In this document: positions 12,071-25,599 of the stretch, piece by piece
How positions within the stretch are numbered: the stretch's first letter is position 1
Layout: each line of letters starts with the position of its first letter
NCBI RefSeq assembly: GCF_009834535.1
Contig: NC_045697.1
Span: forward strand, 102,302,001 to 102,366,000
Reading direction: 5' to 3'
DNA: 64,000 nt
Origin: Camelus ferus
Lineage: Eukaryota
Notes under the pieces: model-generated
Database searches by the model: none
Told to the model about the DNA's origin: nothing
The model's input: the letters and a program-made list of their open reading frames with translations, nothing else
Program-made: the position numbers and the translations under genes

Positions 12071-13557
12071 TAAATGCAGACAAAGACACTCTCCTTTTGT
12101 ATTTCGATAGTCTCATCTGAGTGTTGCTTTGTTGTAAGGACACGTATTTATGTTGGCAACACTGTCAAACCAGACCGCCTCGTCTTGTGTCCCATGTTTA
12201 ATCTGTAAAATTAGATTCAAACTCCAGGACATACAGTCATGGAATGAAGTGGCTTTAATATTCATATTGCTATGGGAAAAGGAAAAAGATGATTTATACT
12301 GTAAAAAAGAAACACTTTCCAATTAGTGCATAATCTAAACCTGAACTGCTTATTAAAAACATTTTTTTCTCACAGAGTTGAACCAAGTTTCTTTCCAAAG
12401 GTTTTCAGTTTCAAGTAGAACTATTCAGATTAGGTTGCTTTCTGAACCACAGTCTTTCCCATCCTAAGATTCCAGTATTTCAACCTCTCCTGTGAGCTAC
12501 CTTCGAGTCTTGGCAAAACTGTGAACCATATCCGATAGATTTTTAGGAAAAATAGTTCTAAAACTGTCTTATGATAAGGCCAGTGCTATGCCTGCACACG
12601 AGCAAGGTTTAATGGTCTTTGAAAGCATGAATTTGTTTTTGCATGACACACAATTGCTCTTATCAGTCTGGTCTCCTACTGCAGAATTTTAAGAGAGATT
12701 ATGATCTCTGAATGTTACCAATTCCTTCTTCCTTTATTTGTGGCCCATAAAAGCCATAAACAAGTCATAAAATTCTCATCTTAAGAAATGCAGGTCCCAG
12801 GCAGCAAATGAATCTTTATTGTTTTATAATTTAAATAAGAGAGTTGTCTTATTTATTCCAGAGAAATCATGTCATTTTGTTTTTCTGCTCAGCATACTCA
12901 TTGAAACTTTCTAAAACAATAAGGTCTTAAGATGTATTTAACGTGCACAAAGCAGATTCTTCCATTTTCACAGACTTTTCATCTATAAGAAAAATAAATA
13001 AATAAATCTGTTAAGGACGTTATTACAATTTTAGTGCCTGAGCATAGTAATTTCAAAAACATATGGAAATACAAATGAGTAATACCAGCAAATTTAATGC
13101 AAATGTAAAATAACTTATATGATTATTTCCTGCAACGCTTCGTCTTTTGAAACACAGTATTTATAAGGGTGCTTTGCTTTCAAAAACAACAATGCATTGT
13201 ATATAAACCAGAGAGCATGCATAGCAGCTCTGTTTAGAAAATAGCAAAGTAGCATGTAAAAGGCCTCTGTTTAGTTAGCCCACCCACCAACTAGGGGGAA
13301 AGCTAAAGTTAAGAAAGGAGGATGGGATACACGGAGTTGTTACCACTGTGTCAAACCTGGGATTTTATTTTCTAAACAGTGCTCGCCAAGTGGGGTCTTA
13401 GAGTAATTATTCAATACATTTATTCCGTTAGGGACGTAATTTGAAAATTCAATCCAAAATAACTTTCCTTATTTTTTGTTTTGTTTTGTTTATAAAACGA
13501 GTTTTTTTCCCCCCTGACATTACGGGGTGAACCAGACGGAGAAATAGTAACAATAAT

Positions 13558-14077
13558 TGTAATAGGGAAGAACAAATCTGACTCCATATTAGATCTGTTC
13601 CTTTAGCTCTAGTCCTGGGCGCTGTCTCCTGTGCTGAGCCATGCTGGTTCTGCACCTTTTGTAAAAGAATGCTGCCTAGAGCCTGAAATACACAGGAGAG
13701 CCCATTCTCAAGGCTCTGACCTTCAAGGGTATAACACTTCCTCATTCATGTAGAGATAAAAAGTTGCAGAACAGAGAATAACGTTTGTCTTATTGGAGGT
13801 TTACAGGAACACCATGACCTGACCTACATGGACAGCTGCAAGAACAAAGGATCCTGACGCTAAGAAGTTTACACCAACCAACCACATCCCCTCTTCTTTT
13901 TAGTATAAAAGGAGCCTGAATTCTGACATGGGGGAAGATGGTTCTCCAGGACATTAGATCCCCATCTTCTCCATCTGCTGTCTTTCCAAATAAAGTCATT
14001 ATTCCTTGCCCCAACACCTCGTCTCCTGATTTTCTGGCCTGTCATGTGGGAGCAGAACAGGTTTGGACTCGATAACA
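13558..14077 (+). mobile_element. ERV1-class solo LTR related to the 4392 LTR
   Basis: Termini TGTAAT...GATAACA, TATAAAA near 13904, AATAAA near 13989, perfect 4-bp TSD TAAT (13554-13557 and 14078-14081). Confidence 0.9.
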
Positions 14078-14723
14078 TAATCACCCTTTACTTTCGCACT
14101 CCATTTTCTAACTTTTACCTTTTTTTGTTTGATCCCAGCTATAATCTTCTGAGGGAAAGAAGATAAATGAGGAAACTTCAGCCCCGAAATATAAATGTGG
14201 AGAACAAGGGTCAAACAGCTTATTCGTGACAGAGTCTGGATGATGATCTAGGTTTTCTGCCTCTGGGGTCCTGAGGTTTTTTTGATTTTATACTGATGCC
14301 AAGGAAACTGTATGTATTAAATACAGTTGTCACGAAAAGTTTAGCTGTTGCCTTGTGGAAACTGGGGTGGCTGAGAAATCCCTAAACTAGGTCATAAGTC
14401 CCCCAGATTTCTGTCTCCCTGCCAGATAGCATGTGGGTGCCCTCAGGCAGAATGCGCATATAAATAAACTCACTGTCTCCCTCCCTGCAGCCTGTTTCCT
14501 GTGGCTCACGCACGTAAACCCAGCAGGCCAGGTTTGCCCTTACCCAGCAGAGATCCCCACGCGGAGGGCACAGTGTGGCCCATGGTCACTGCCCAGCCAG
14601 TGGGGGTCTGCTAACCTCCTTGCCAGTTGCCAGCACACCTCTGGCTTCCCATCTGCTTTGCCTGACCTCTGAGCTGCCCCCACTCAGTTTACTTTACTTT
14701 AAATCCCAGCACTTAGATGTTTC

Positions 14724-14814
14724 CTTTTTTTTTAAATTTTAAATTTTTAAGAAGTTCTTAAATTTTAAAAACTTGAAGTGTAGTTGATTTACAATGATGT
14801 GTTTGTTTCAGGTT

Positions 14815-14847
<33 letters not shown>

Positions 14848-15402
14848 TTTTTCAGACTCTTTTTCATTATAAGCTATTACGAGATATTAAATATAGTTCC
14901 CTGTGCTGTACTGCAAGACCTTGTTGTTTATCTATTTTATATATAGTAGTGCATAACTGTTAACCCCAAACCCCTAATTTATCCATCTTCCCATCTTTTT
15001 TCCTTTGGTAACTATAAGTTTGTTTTCTATGTCTATGAGTCTATTTCTGTTTTGTAAATAAGTTTGTGTCATTTTTTTAGATTCCACAAATAAGTGATAA
15101 TCATACAATATTTGTCTTTGCCTGACTTAGTTCACTTTGTATGACAATCTCCATGTCCACCCATGTTGCTGCAGATGGCATTATTTTATTCTTTTTTAGA
15201 GGTTAGTAGGATTCCATTTTATATATACACCTCAACTTCTTTATCTGTTCATCTGTTGATAGGCACTTAGGTTGCTTCCATGACTTGGCTGTTGTAAATA
15301 GTGCTGCTACGAACATTGGGATGCATGTCTTTTTTCAAAGTAGAGTTTCTGTCTTTTCTGGATATATGTCCAGGAGTAGGATTGCTAGATCATATGGTAA
15401 CT
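14724..15402 (-). mobile_element. 5'-truncated L1 (ORF2 end plus 3' UTR) with an internal (CA)n
   Basis: Antisense L1 3' sequence with a 12-bp TSD cttagatgtttc (14712-14723 and 15403-15414). (CA)n at about 14820-14847. Confidence 0.92.
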
Positions 15403-15962
15403 CTTAGATGTTTCTTTTGTCCTTCTAAGTTCCTACCTGTAGGGTCCCTCATGGCCCAACCCTTTCTGGTATCAAAGGACTTTTCTCCTCAAACCTGAGT
15501 CCAGGACCTCTCTCAGCCAAGTTCCAGGAGGGGCACAAATTCCCTGGCACTTCCCTTCTGCCACATGCACAGGGCAGAGCTGACTCCATCCTCTGAAATC
15601 CCCAAAGAGATCATCGTTAGCAGCAGCAGTCAAGGTTGTTGGCATGGAAACAGTGAGGCCTGAGGGCACATGAATGGGCTTCAGTAGCATCTGCTCAGCT
15701 TCTCCTCTGGGAGAGAGAAGATGACCCTTTTCCTCCCAGGGAAGTAAAGTTAGAAATACGGTAACAGTGATCTTATTATAACACTGTCTTCATTTCATGG
15801 TGCAGGACCCATCTTGTCTGTCATCCGTGGTTGAAGTGTTGAGATGGGGGCATCGGCAGGGGAGATAAGGTAGTTGGTGGCTATCCTATGATGCTCAGGC
15901 AGGGGAGGCCTCTCTCTGCAGGAACTAAGGGAGAAGCCTGAGTCAGGATACAGGAGAAAGGG

Positions 15963-16076
15963 TGAAGTGATATTTACTGGGGACGTCCTGAACTGTTGTT
16001 CTGGTTGTTTACAGCCAGCATCCTGATTGGCCAGTGCCTTCTACGTGCCATTCAATATTTTGAATATTAATCCCCA
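15963..16076 (-). mobile_element. Small hAT MITE (MamRep1894-like)
   Basis: 'tgatattt...ggttgtttacagccagcatcctgattggccagtgcc...aatattttgaatatt' with inverted tgatatt/aatatt ends. Family assignment is from recall. Confidence 0.6.
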
Positions 16077-18722
16077 AGAAGGGTCCTGCTCATCACACTG
16101 GAGCTGGGACCTTAAAGAGTTGCCAAAACAGTGAAGAGGCCCTGGGGCAGACATGGGGATCTGGAATGCAATAAGAGGCATCAAAGAAGAGGCAGTCAGG
16201 GTTGAGTGGATGAGTGGGTGGGTGGTCTGGGTAAATGCCTAAGATGAGAACCATTCTCTTTGGATGCGTTCATGTCTTTCTGCAGCGTGATAAGTTGCTA
16301 GATCAGGTAGTTTAAGGGGCTTGGGAAAGGGTCTGTAAGTCAGACATCCTAGAGACAAGACTGCCTTATTGTGGACTCCTTTTGATATTTCAGTCCATTA
16401 GAGAGTCCAGTTCATTCAGAACCTATTAAGAGAAAATTCCCCTGGGGACTATCATGATGCAGATTCCATCCACAACAGGTGGGCAAAGAGTTGTGGGTGC
16501 CTCAGGGGTCCTGTTGTCCTTTTGCCTGACCCACCAAGAAGCATCTCTGCCAGGTAGAGGGGGCCAGAGCACCTCCCTCTGAATTTCCTAAGAATGCCTT
16601 TAAGACTGAGGTTCTTTTTCTTTTTCTTTAAGCCTGTCCTCATCTTTCTTAGGTGCCTGGCTGAAAGCATGGACTAAGCTGGACGACAGATAATGATGAC
16701 AGTCAATGCTGTGGTAATGGAATATAAAGAAAAGAAGCAAAAAAGAAGCAAGTGAGTAATGAAAAACAGATCATTTGGGTCCCACAATGAAACGTCTATG
16801 GGAATAGCGGGAATTAGAGTTAGGAAGCCCAAGGCAGAAATAATGAAGTCCAGGATAAGGGGCTGTCACAAGGCATTCCTTCTTGCTCCAGATAAGTTAA
16901 AACAGGTTGCAATGGTATAAAACATCACTTTGAATTCTCATCAAAGTTGGGAAACCACTGTCTCAGGATTAGCATTCCAAAGGTAGTCTGACCACTGTCG
17001 CTTCAAAACCATGACTACGTCTAAAACAGGATGGCTTTAGCAGCCGTTTTCCCAAAATGGTTTCAACCCGATGAGGTTATGGTACGAAAACAATGCTAGA
17101 GCTGAAAAACTGGGTATATATTCTCTTTAGAATAGAAGGAAATGACTACAAGCCTGGTAATAAATGTGGCAGCTTACTAGAAAGGCAGGTTTAAAGAAGA
17201 AGGAAACTCATGTTAGAGATTAAATTGAAAGCAGGTGCCCGGCCTCTTTCATGGAGTTGTAGAGTCAGAACTGGAGGAGACCCAGGGGTAACTCACCCAA
17301 TCCCCACATTTGATGTATCAGGAAACCCAGGTCACAAGAAAGGGATTCACGTGCTCAATGCTCTTTGTTTCTCTTGCCTTTTTCACACTTACTCTGAAAG
17401 CGTAACAAGCTTTATTCAGATCTAAAGAAAGAAAAGCGTGGTTTTGTACTTCATAACAGCAACTGCTCTATTTATAAGGAACAGCTCTCTACGGACTTAG
17501 GAGAGACAGGCATCTCCAGTCCCATCTCTTCTCACACCCGCTTTCATAAGGTGAATCTCTATGTGTTTCTTGCTCCACTACAAGGAAGAGAAGGGAGAAT
17601 CTGGGTCCTAGTTTAAAAAAAAAAAGTGTCCTTGTTTCTAGTGAAAGCAGTAAGGAGGAACGAAGTAGTGGTAAAATAATGCATTCAGACGCATCACCCA
17701 GCCTCGTTCTCCATGCTTTTCATAAAAGGAACCATGTCAAGGAAAAAGGGAAAGTTCTGGTCCCAGATCCTCCAAGTTCTAGGTTACAAAGCGTCATACA
17801 GGTGGTGATTTAATGCTGGTTTTCTATTCGCACAAAGCACAGCCCCACTGCTCACGTGTGGGCTAGTGCCAAGCCAGCTCATAGCCTTAGAAGGGCAAAC
17901 TGAAGTTTTATCATTTTGTGTCAGTTGAAGACACAAGAGTTATTGAACTTAGTTTATCAAGCACAGCCGGGTCTGCAGGGGTCTCAGCCCTCACGGGGCG
18001 TGCCTCTCCAGGAAACTGAGGCATGAAGGGACGCTGTCCTCCAGTGAGACCCTTCCCTCCACACAGATTCAGGGAAAAAAATCGAAATAACATTGTAGCG
18101 CAATCATTAAATGTTCTGTTTATTTACTTAGTTAAAACGTTTCTAGGCTCTGCAAGGCACTCAGCTCTGCACTTGGTAGCTCTCAATCACACAAAGCATT
18201 GCTTCTGACTCACAGTTGTCCAGCTCCTTAAACAGATAAAATTAATGCCTCATCACTTAACAACTAAAATTTAGTAGAATGGAAACCTTCAGGATGAGGG
18301 GTTCTTAACAACAGATGCCATGAAATGGCAAAGAAAATGCTGGAATTCATTACTTGGAGTTATTTGCTTTAAAAGGTGACCGCTCTTTAGAACTGAGCTT
18401 GCAGTGTGTATATGAGGACAAAGCGATCTAACATGGGAGGTTTATGTACTTTTTACCAAAGAGAAAGGAACTGCATAGATTATTTATCCATTCATACAAT
18501 TTGTTCAAAAATATGTATTGAATTAGTCATACACTACTCGAAATGTAGCATTTTTTAAAAACTTCTTAAGTTCAGGTTCGGTTTGTATTGTTTGCAAAGA
18601 TAAGCCACTGTCAGACACAACTGTCATCAATAACACTTGCCCTAAAGAAACCACCCAAGTCACAATTTAAGTGTGAAACCCCCAACAGAGATAAGGTGAG
18701 CCAGTGGGAAAGCACGTGTTAT

Positions 18723-18937
18723 GGTGGTTCAGAGCCCTAATGATGGGGTCAGATAACCTTGGCTTCTGGCCCTGTTCTGCCACTTACTAATGTTGGAGGA
18801 CCTTGAGCACTGTGACTTGCCAGAGCCTGGGTGGTTTTCATCTCTAAAAGGACTAACAGAGCATCTATCTTTTAGGTTGTTGTAAGGATTAAATTAGACC
18901 GTTGAGCAAAGTGGCTAGCACACAGGAAACAATAAAT
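18723..18937 (+). mobile_element. MIR SINE
   Basis: MIR core 'ctgccacttactaa...gaccttgagca...ttttcatctctaaaa...gttgttgtaaggattaaat'. Confidence 0.8.
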
Positions 18938-19019
18938 CCTCATGTATTTTGTTAGTAATAATACACTTTTCAGTCTCTCAGACAGCGATTCAGATTAGAA
19001 AAGAAGGAAAAGTTTCCTT

Positions 19020-19021
19020 AA

Positions 19022-19085
<64 letters not shown>

Positions 19086-19086
19086 A
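19020..19086. repeat. (GAAA)n microsatellite
   Basis: Directly visible tandem array. Confidence 0.98.
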
Positions 19087-21099
19087 GCTGCAGATCTCTT
19101 CTGAGGGACTCCTACAGCAAATATACCGTTTTTAAAATAAAAGTTGCTGCCTGTTGATATCATGGTGTCAACATGACACAAGACATCAATCATGAAAAAA
19201 AGGAAAGAAAAACCAGAAGAATTGAAATCTTCATCCGTGACCCAGAAAACTTCCCTTGGGAAAGCTTAACAAGATAATAAAGAAAAGATTCACGGTAAAA
19301 AGATGCAGAAGTTGGAAAGTCATGTCTGAGAGAGACCTGTCATGTGGAACGGTGACAAATATTGGTTAATGGTGAGAGGAGGAGCCCAAAGAAATAAAAA
19401 ACCTTCCAGCCATGACCGATGACAGTATTACACCAGAAAGCTTGTAAGACAACAAAGGAGGACCTAACTGTAAATCACTTCACATCATCAGTCTTTCAGA
19501 AATGAGCACACTATTTTAGCAATTTAGTCCTAAGGACTGCCAGATGACTTGAAGCATAGCTATGCAAGAACGCTAATGCGCTCTTCAAAGAATGGAAAAC
19601 TACCGTGTATATAATTTTACTGCCCTCAGTTTTCTGGCACTAGTCATTATATACTAAATAAATGCTCACATTTAAATTGATACCCTGATTACCCAAAACA
19701 TACAAAGTGGCACAGAATTCAAACATATACATAAAAATTATCCAGTCCGGAACAATCACATATTCAAAACAAACATTATTTTCCTCAAGAAACTAAGGAT
19801 AAGAAAGCATTCAAGTTGGCCGCTTACTCACTAATTTGATTGATGTGCGAAGTTAAATAAATTGTCCAATTTCTCACTCGCCTTTTTCAGTCATGTTCTA
19901 GCTATGCAATGGAAAAATATAAGCAGGTCAGAACAAGACAAGGGTGACAGGTCCAGCAGAGGTGTAACTGGGACCATTTGGGTACTAAGTTAAAGAGAAG
20001 AGACTGCGTGGAAAAAAAGAATCAAGGTTCCTGAGTTCGAATGTTAGATATCACATTAAATTTGTGGCTTCAGAAGTCACTTTACCTCTCAGAAGCAAGA
20101 CCTTCAGATATGCAAAACCAGGAGGTCAGATGAATCATTTCTCAGGCTCCTTCCAACCCCACCACTCTGTGATTTCAGCTGTTCCCTTTGTTACCCGTGT
20201 TATTCTTTCTGCTGCATCTTTCATCACCATCTTTATGTCCGTACGGATAGAGATAAGGACTGGGTTGGGAAAGGGCCACAAGGTGTTATTAAGAATGGAT
20301 AGAGTAGTGACAGGCTGTAATGCAAAGTAAAAACCGCTCTGTTGACTATTCACCCCTCAGAAGTTGTCCTTACTCTTTTAACATATATCCAGTTCTTTGG
20401 CATCCAGCAGTGTGATAAGTAGCTGCCGATACAAGTGCTTGAAATTATAGCAGATTTGTACACACCCAGCCCTCTGATGGCTTTCACACTAGATCCAATG
20501 AAGGTGGTCAAAATTCCCGAATTTGTGCATTTACAACATTGCCCAAGCTCCATACATACGCCTAGACTGTATTCCTGCTGAAAGTTACATATTTCTTGTG
20601 TCTCAGACCACAAATGAATTATTCTTTTCACCGTCACTACAGTTTTATCTCACCCTGACAGCTCTTGCCTTGGTTGGAGCAGTTAACAAAATAATTTTAC
20701 AAATTACTTTTTATTCTAAAATGAGGCATGAGGTGGATCTATTTGCATCATGGCTCCAACTCACAAGCAAACTGACATTCTGCCGTGAGCATCTCACACT
20801 TCCACTGGCTGGCTGAGAACCATCACTTCCTAAGCTTTTCCACGTTTTCTCAACATCCATCTATCTATGGGACAAGCTCTTAGTTTTCTCTTCTAGCTCG
20901 TTGGTTTTTTTAATAGAAAATAAGCTCTTATTAACTAATGAAAGTTAATCTATAGGTGGAACAGAAAACAATACAATTATAAACCTATATTTGCATTACA
21001 CAATCCATGATAACTGCTCCCTCACAAACTTAATGACCTAAAAGTGACATGAACCTCACAGATTTTGCAATTCATTCACTGTGAGTTCTTTCTTTCTTC

Positions 21100-21307
21100 T
21101 TTTGACTGCTCACCAAACACCACGCATTGCACCAAGCATTTTAGCTTGCATTTCATTAAACTCAATCCTCTTGATAACCATATGAGGTAGGTGTTATTAT
21201 GACTCCAAGATGGGGTCCAGAAAGGTTCAGTAACTGATTCAAGGTCACTCGTCACTGGTAACAGAGCCAAGACTTGACTTGGGCTCTGACTCCAAAGCCT
21301 CTCTTAA
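21100..21307 (-). mobile_element. MIR SINE
   Basis: 'aatcctc...atgaggtaggtgttattat...cagaaaggttcagtaactg..caaggtcac...ctgactccaaagcc'. Confidence 0.8.
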
Positions 21308-22999
21308 ATACGCTTTTTAGCAAAATTAGAGATTGCTACATGCCAGGCACCTCATGAATCACTTTCCAATCACTGATATTGCAAAATTACGTTCACAAAT
21401 GCCTAAATGTGCCGTTCACTATTCTTCGTGGTGGAAATGATGTTACAGGTGGTGATAAGAGTGCAGCTGGCCCTGAAAACAATTTTATATGAAAAAATTA
21501 TCAGTACACTCTAAACCTGAAGACTATTAGTGCCTACTAAGTGAGCGCAAAAATTATACTTATTCCCTTGTTAAATTGTAGACTGAAATATGACTCCACT
21601 TTTCTATAAATTATAAAAATTAAAAATGGCTTTTAAAAATGTTGCTTCTCTCTGGTGTTTTGGTTATCAGTACAGACCATCTCACTGAAAAGCTATTTTC
21701 TCTTTGGCCTCTACCTACCTCTCCAACTTAATACTTTGTACGTGACTCTGGCTTTGAATAAAGTATCCACCCCATCATGCTATCTTTGACTTTGGTCAAG
21801 ATAAAAACACAATTGTTAATGCTGTAATTTTAAAGCAAGTTTCTAATTCTGGTGCCAGGTGGTACAGTTCATTTTGCTTAGGAAAAAAAAAAAAAAGAAA
21901 GGTTTTTCTCTGTAGAAAAGGATAAAAAAAAATCTTCAACATTACTAGGTTAAAATTTCTTACAGTCCAAAAAAGCAGTTTCTGTTTAATCCATGACTCC
22001 TCTACCCTTTAATGCTGGGCTGAGGAGCAGGGTGAGCTAGGGGATCTTTCTTTTGGTCTCAACCTCCCAAGCATTTGAGTCCAATTAACAGGTGGATAAG
22101 AAATTTATTTTTCTTAATAGAGTAATATGTCTGGAATTTATTTAGTGGTTTTGAGGGAAACTAGAAAACAGGATTGCAAACAGGGTGGGAAAATAAGCCA
22201 GCAAAACCAAGATAATTTCCAGTTGAATTATGACCTCAAATGGATTCCGGAGAGACTGGAATTTCCATAATTCACAATCCTATTATTGGTTATTTCTGGA
22301 GTCTTTTGGGGCTGAGGGCAATATCCTCTGAAGAATCCCACCTATTTCCTGCCCCATTGGTCTTTACCCCAGCAGTCCCCATTTCACTAATTAATTGTAT
22401 TTTATATGCTAACAACTTCCTAGAAGGACTCGAGGTGGCTTGTTACACAGGCCTAAGAAATGGAATCATTAACTCAAGAAGAACACAAGGGAAAAAGGTG
22501 GTGTGATTAAAGGAAGAAATTGTTGTACCCGATACCAGCCTAGTTATTACAACTGAGCAGAAATGTAAGTTTTCGCATTCCCAGCAGTCACCGAAAGCAT
22601 GTTAACGCCACGTAGTGAGGATAAGTAAGAGTAAGGCACTTAAACCAGCTCTAGAAGAGCAACTGCTAAGAGAAAAGAGAGTTGGATCATAGGAAGTCAG
22701 GTGGAGGTGAGATACACATTGACAAGACACAGGCATCACTCCGAACGAAAGGAGGAAAAGAATCCTGTAAAAAGGAAAATGAGAGATGTTAACACAACTG
22801 GAAATGTATGTTCCCTATGACTAAGGCCTCCCTTAAGAGCTTTCTGGATGCAATATTAATTCCAGACTGGGGCAGGAAGTAAGCAAATGTCACCCAAATG
22901 ATCTGGAAGTTAATGCAACCTCCTAGCATATGATTTACTTTCAAGAAAACAATTTACTCTCAGATTCTGCCCAGAAAATTCACTTAAAAAAAATGGGAG

Positions 23000-23960
23000 A
23001 GGGAGTGAAAACTCTACAGATGCCCAAGCAGTTTCACTGCGGGGGTCCCACAGAGTCCGGGCCAATTACAGATAGAAGGAACGAGAACGCCACACTTTCT
23101 GTCCATTTGGTGCTGCTGCCAAGTGAGCGGTGGGGGAGCGGGACTCCAGAGGCTCCCGGGGCAGTGCCGGCCTGTTTGGAGCTGCTCCTCCTTGACTTTC
23201 ATGGGCCCCGCCCTCCCCAGCACATCTGGCAGGCGCTGTCTGGCACTGAACTTCGCCAAGCAGCCCATCAGGTCTGTCTGCAGCCTCCTGGGGTGGCGGG
23301 GTGGAGGGGGGCGGGGGGCAGGGACAAGGCAGCTTTTCTTAACCGTCCACTCCCTGGGCTTCCGAGCTCCCACTCGGTGTCTGCAACATCATTTTCTGCT
23401 AAGCATGAGACCTGCGGACAGGATGACACGTCCCAACACGGGTCTGGTGTCCCAGATCTGCTCCGATGGCATGTTACTTCCGCACAATGAGAACACATGG
23501 GCCTTTGTGCGACGTGCATCTGGAAAACGTCCCAGATCAGGCATCTGCCCTCTGATTTACACCTTGCAGAATAAGGCTGACCCGCAGGAAAGCGGGCGAA
23601 TCTATAAGCGGTGGGTGGGCTGTGCTCCCTCCCCCAACCCCTGCCGCCTTCTTATTCTGAGAAACAATCGTGGGTGTTCCCACCTCCCCAAAACACCCTC
23701 CCCTGAAAAAAAAAAAAAAAAGAGTGGCGGTGGGGTTGGGGGGGGGAGAGCTGCTTCCTGGCTGAATAAAGCTGAAACACCTGTGTGCCAGAAACAGGCA
23801 GACCGAGACAGATCCATCTGCCCAGCGCGCTTCCCTTGGTTAGGGTGGGAAACCCACATCGTAGCAAGATTCCTTTGGTGTTCATTCTCCCACCCCCTTG
23901 CAATTCTTCTCACATTTCCCTCCCTCTCACTCGCCGCTCTGGACCCAAGGATGAACGTGC
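23000..23960. promoter_or_regulatory. GC/CpG-enriched, TE-free block; candidate enhancer or promoter
   Basis: Locally high GC and CpG, GC boxes (ccccgccc near 23205, GGGGCGGGG at 23308-23316), several CATCTG/CACCTG E-boxes and a G4 motif at 23290-23323. Function is inferred only. Confidence 0.4.
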
Positions 23961-24694
23961 GATGCCAAAAACAACCGTGGGCTTGGACAAGGCCTGAAAG
24001 GCAGTTATATTTCAGGTGGTATCTCACCTCCATTCACGACGCATCCTGCCCTTTTGATCTGGGCTGGAAGGACACAGAGGAAGAAAAACGATACCATACT
24101 CAGTGCTCAGGAAACCTCTGTCATTAAAAACGTTGTCCTTGATGTGACAGCTGTGGCTCTTTTGCTCAGGTGCGATGTGTGCAGAGTTTCCTTCAGCCTG
24201 AAGATAACTTGCCGAGCGCGGATATGCCTGGTGGTGCAGCTGAGTTACTGGAGGTGTGACATCTGGCAAAGTGGCCTCATCAGAGTTCATTCATGAACGC
24301 AGGAAAAACAACTGTCCTGAACTGCAAATTCAACATTGCATTTAATACATTGAATAGCATCACCATTTTTATTCTGGGGCTTTTATTTATACCTGGCTTT
24401 CTTTTTCCCTCACAGAGCACAGTGTCCTTAGAGGACAGAGAACGAGCACAAATTGCGTAGTACGGTATCTAACGTGTGCAGGCAACTAATAACAGTTTGG
24501 CAAGAATAATATGTTAAGAGTTGGGCTGCATTAGTGGGCCTTTAAACTGAGTATTATGCAAATGAACTTTCTATACAGCTATAGAAAATATACCGGGTGG
24601 GGGATCGGGTGGATGTGGGGAAGAGATTGGGGTTATCAGTCGGGGCTGAAAATAAATGAGTCTTTGGACAAGAATTATTTGTTGTTGTTGTTTT

Positions 24695-24945
24695 TAACAC
24701 TTTTTATTTTGAGGTAACCTGAGATTTATAGAGGAGATACAGGGATAGTACAGAGTTCTCACAGACCCTACACCCAGCTTCCCCTAATATGAACACCTTA
24801 TGTAACCATGATGTGCACCCCAACAAAGAAATTAATATTGGTGCAATACTACTAATTCTGTGACAGACTAGTGAGATATCACCAGTTTTTCCCCTAATGT
24901 CCTCTTTCTGTTCTAGGATCTAATCCAGGATTTAGGTTTAGTTTA
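24695..24945 (-). mobile_element. Old L1 (L1MC4-like) 3' end
   Basis: 'cagcttcccctaatatgaacaccttatgtaaccatg...aagaaattaatattggtgcaatact...caccagtttttcccctaatgtcc...aatccaggat'. Confidence 0.75.
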
Positions 24946-25269
24946 GCTTTAAATGAGGTATTTATTCTCAATAGGTATCTTACCGTTACATTCTCACCTT
25001 TTGAGGGAAGGAGTTCTCCCCGTTTGAAACTGTAAAAGGAGGTTTTAGAGAGAAGACAGGAGAGAAGGAGACAGGGAACAAGCCAAAGTGAAACGATGAG
25101 ATTCTGTGATTTTCTTATTTTTTAATCTACCTGCAGGGAAGGCAGAATGACTTAGGGAAGTGGTTTTCCTGACACTGCCTGTCTTCTCAGGCCTAGGAAA
25201 AATGAAAGGCCAAGTATGCTCTTTTGATAAACTTGTTAATCTCTAGCGGCCCAATAGCCAACCAGTCTA

Positions 25270-25345
25270 ATGCAGCCCATTTCACAGATGGGGAAAATGA
25301 AGGCCTGCCTCCCTGAATGATGTGTTTAGGGTTACAAAGGCCTGC
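25270..25345 (-). mobile_element. MIR fragment
   Basis: MIR core 'cccatttcacagatggggaaaatgaaggc'. Confidence 0.55.
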
Positions 25346-25599
25346 AGAACACAGACTAAGACTACCTCTAAGGCTTGCTTAATGGGAAATGAGTTCAGCC
25401 CCGAAGTCTCAATTGCTAACCCTTATTACACAAAGTGACACTGATTTGCAGGGATACAAGACAAATGCTTTTACAGGGAAAAATCTGGAGCAGGAACTGA
25501 AAATGGAGTCCCAGAGCACAACTGGGAGGTGGGAGGTGGTGGTGGGGGTCCATATTCCTGTAGTAATGAAATCCGGCTGGCATAGAGCTAAGTCTACTC

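Noticed and set aside
4392..14077. Possible full provirus bounded by two related LTRs
   Set aside because: Each LTR has its own distinct TSD, their interiors differ, and no gag/pol/env sequence lies between them.
18990..19193. ORF with SFFL repeats
   Set aside because: It is a translation of the (GAAA)n microsatellite.
19195..19610. A-rich stretch with coding-like texture
   Set aside because: Short frames close early and I recognise no protein or repeat family. It may be a very old LINE remnant.
22930..24127. Longest ORFs (186 and 334 aa)
   Set aside because: They are overlapping stop-poor frames in GC-rich DNA. The longer one has a non-ATG start and runs through poly(A) and poly(G) tracts, and neither has a recognisable domain.
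24522..25279. 13-bp exact inverted repeat tgggctgcattag / ctaatgcagccca about 730 bp apart
   Set aside because: It is too short at this spacing, has no TSD, one arm abuts a MIR fragment, and the interior holds an unrelated L1.
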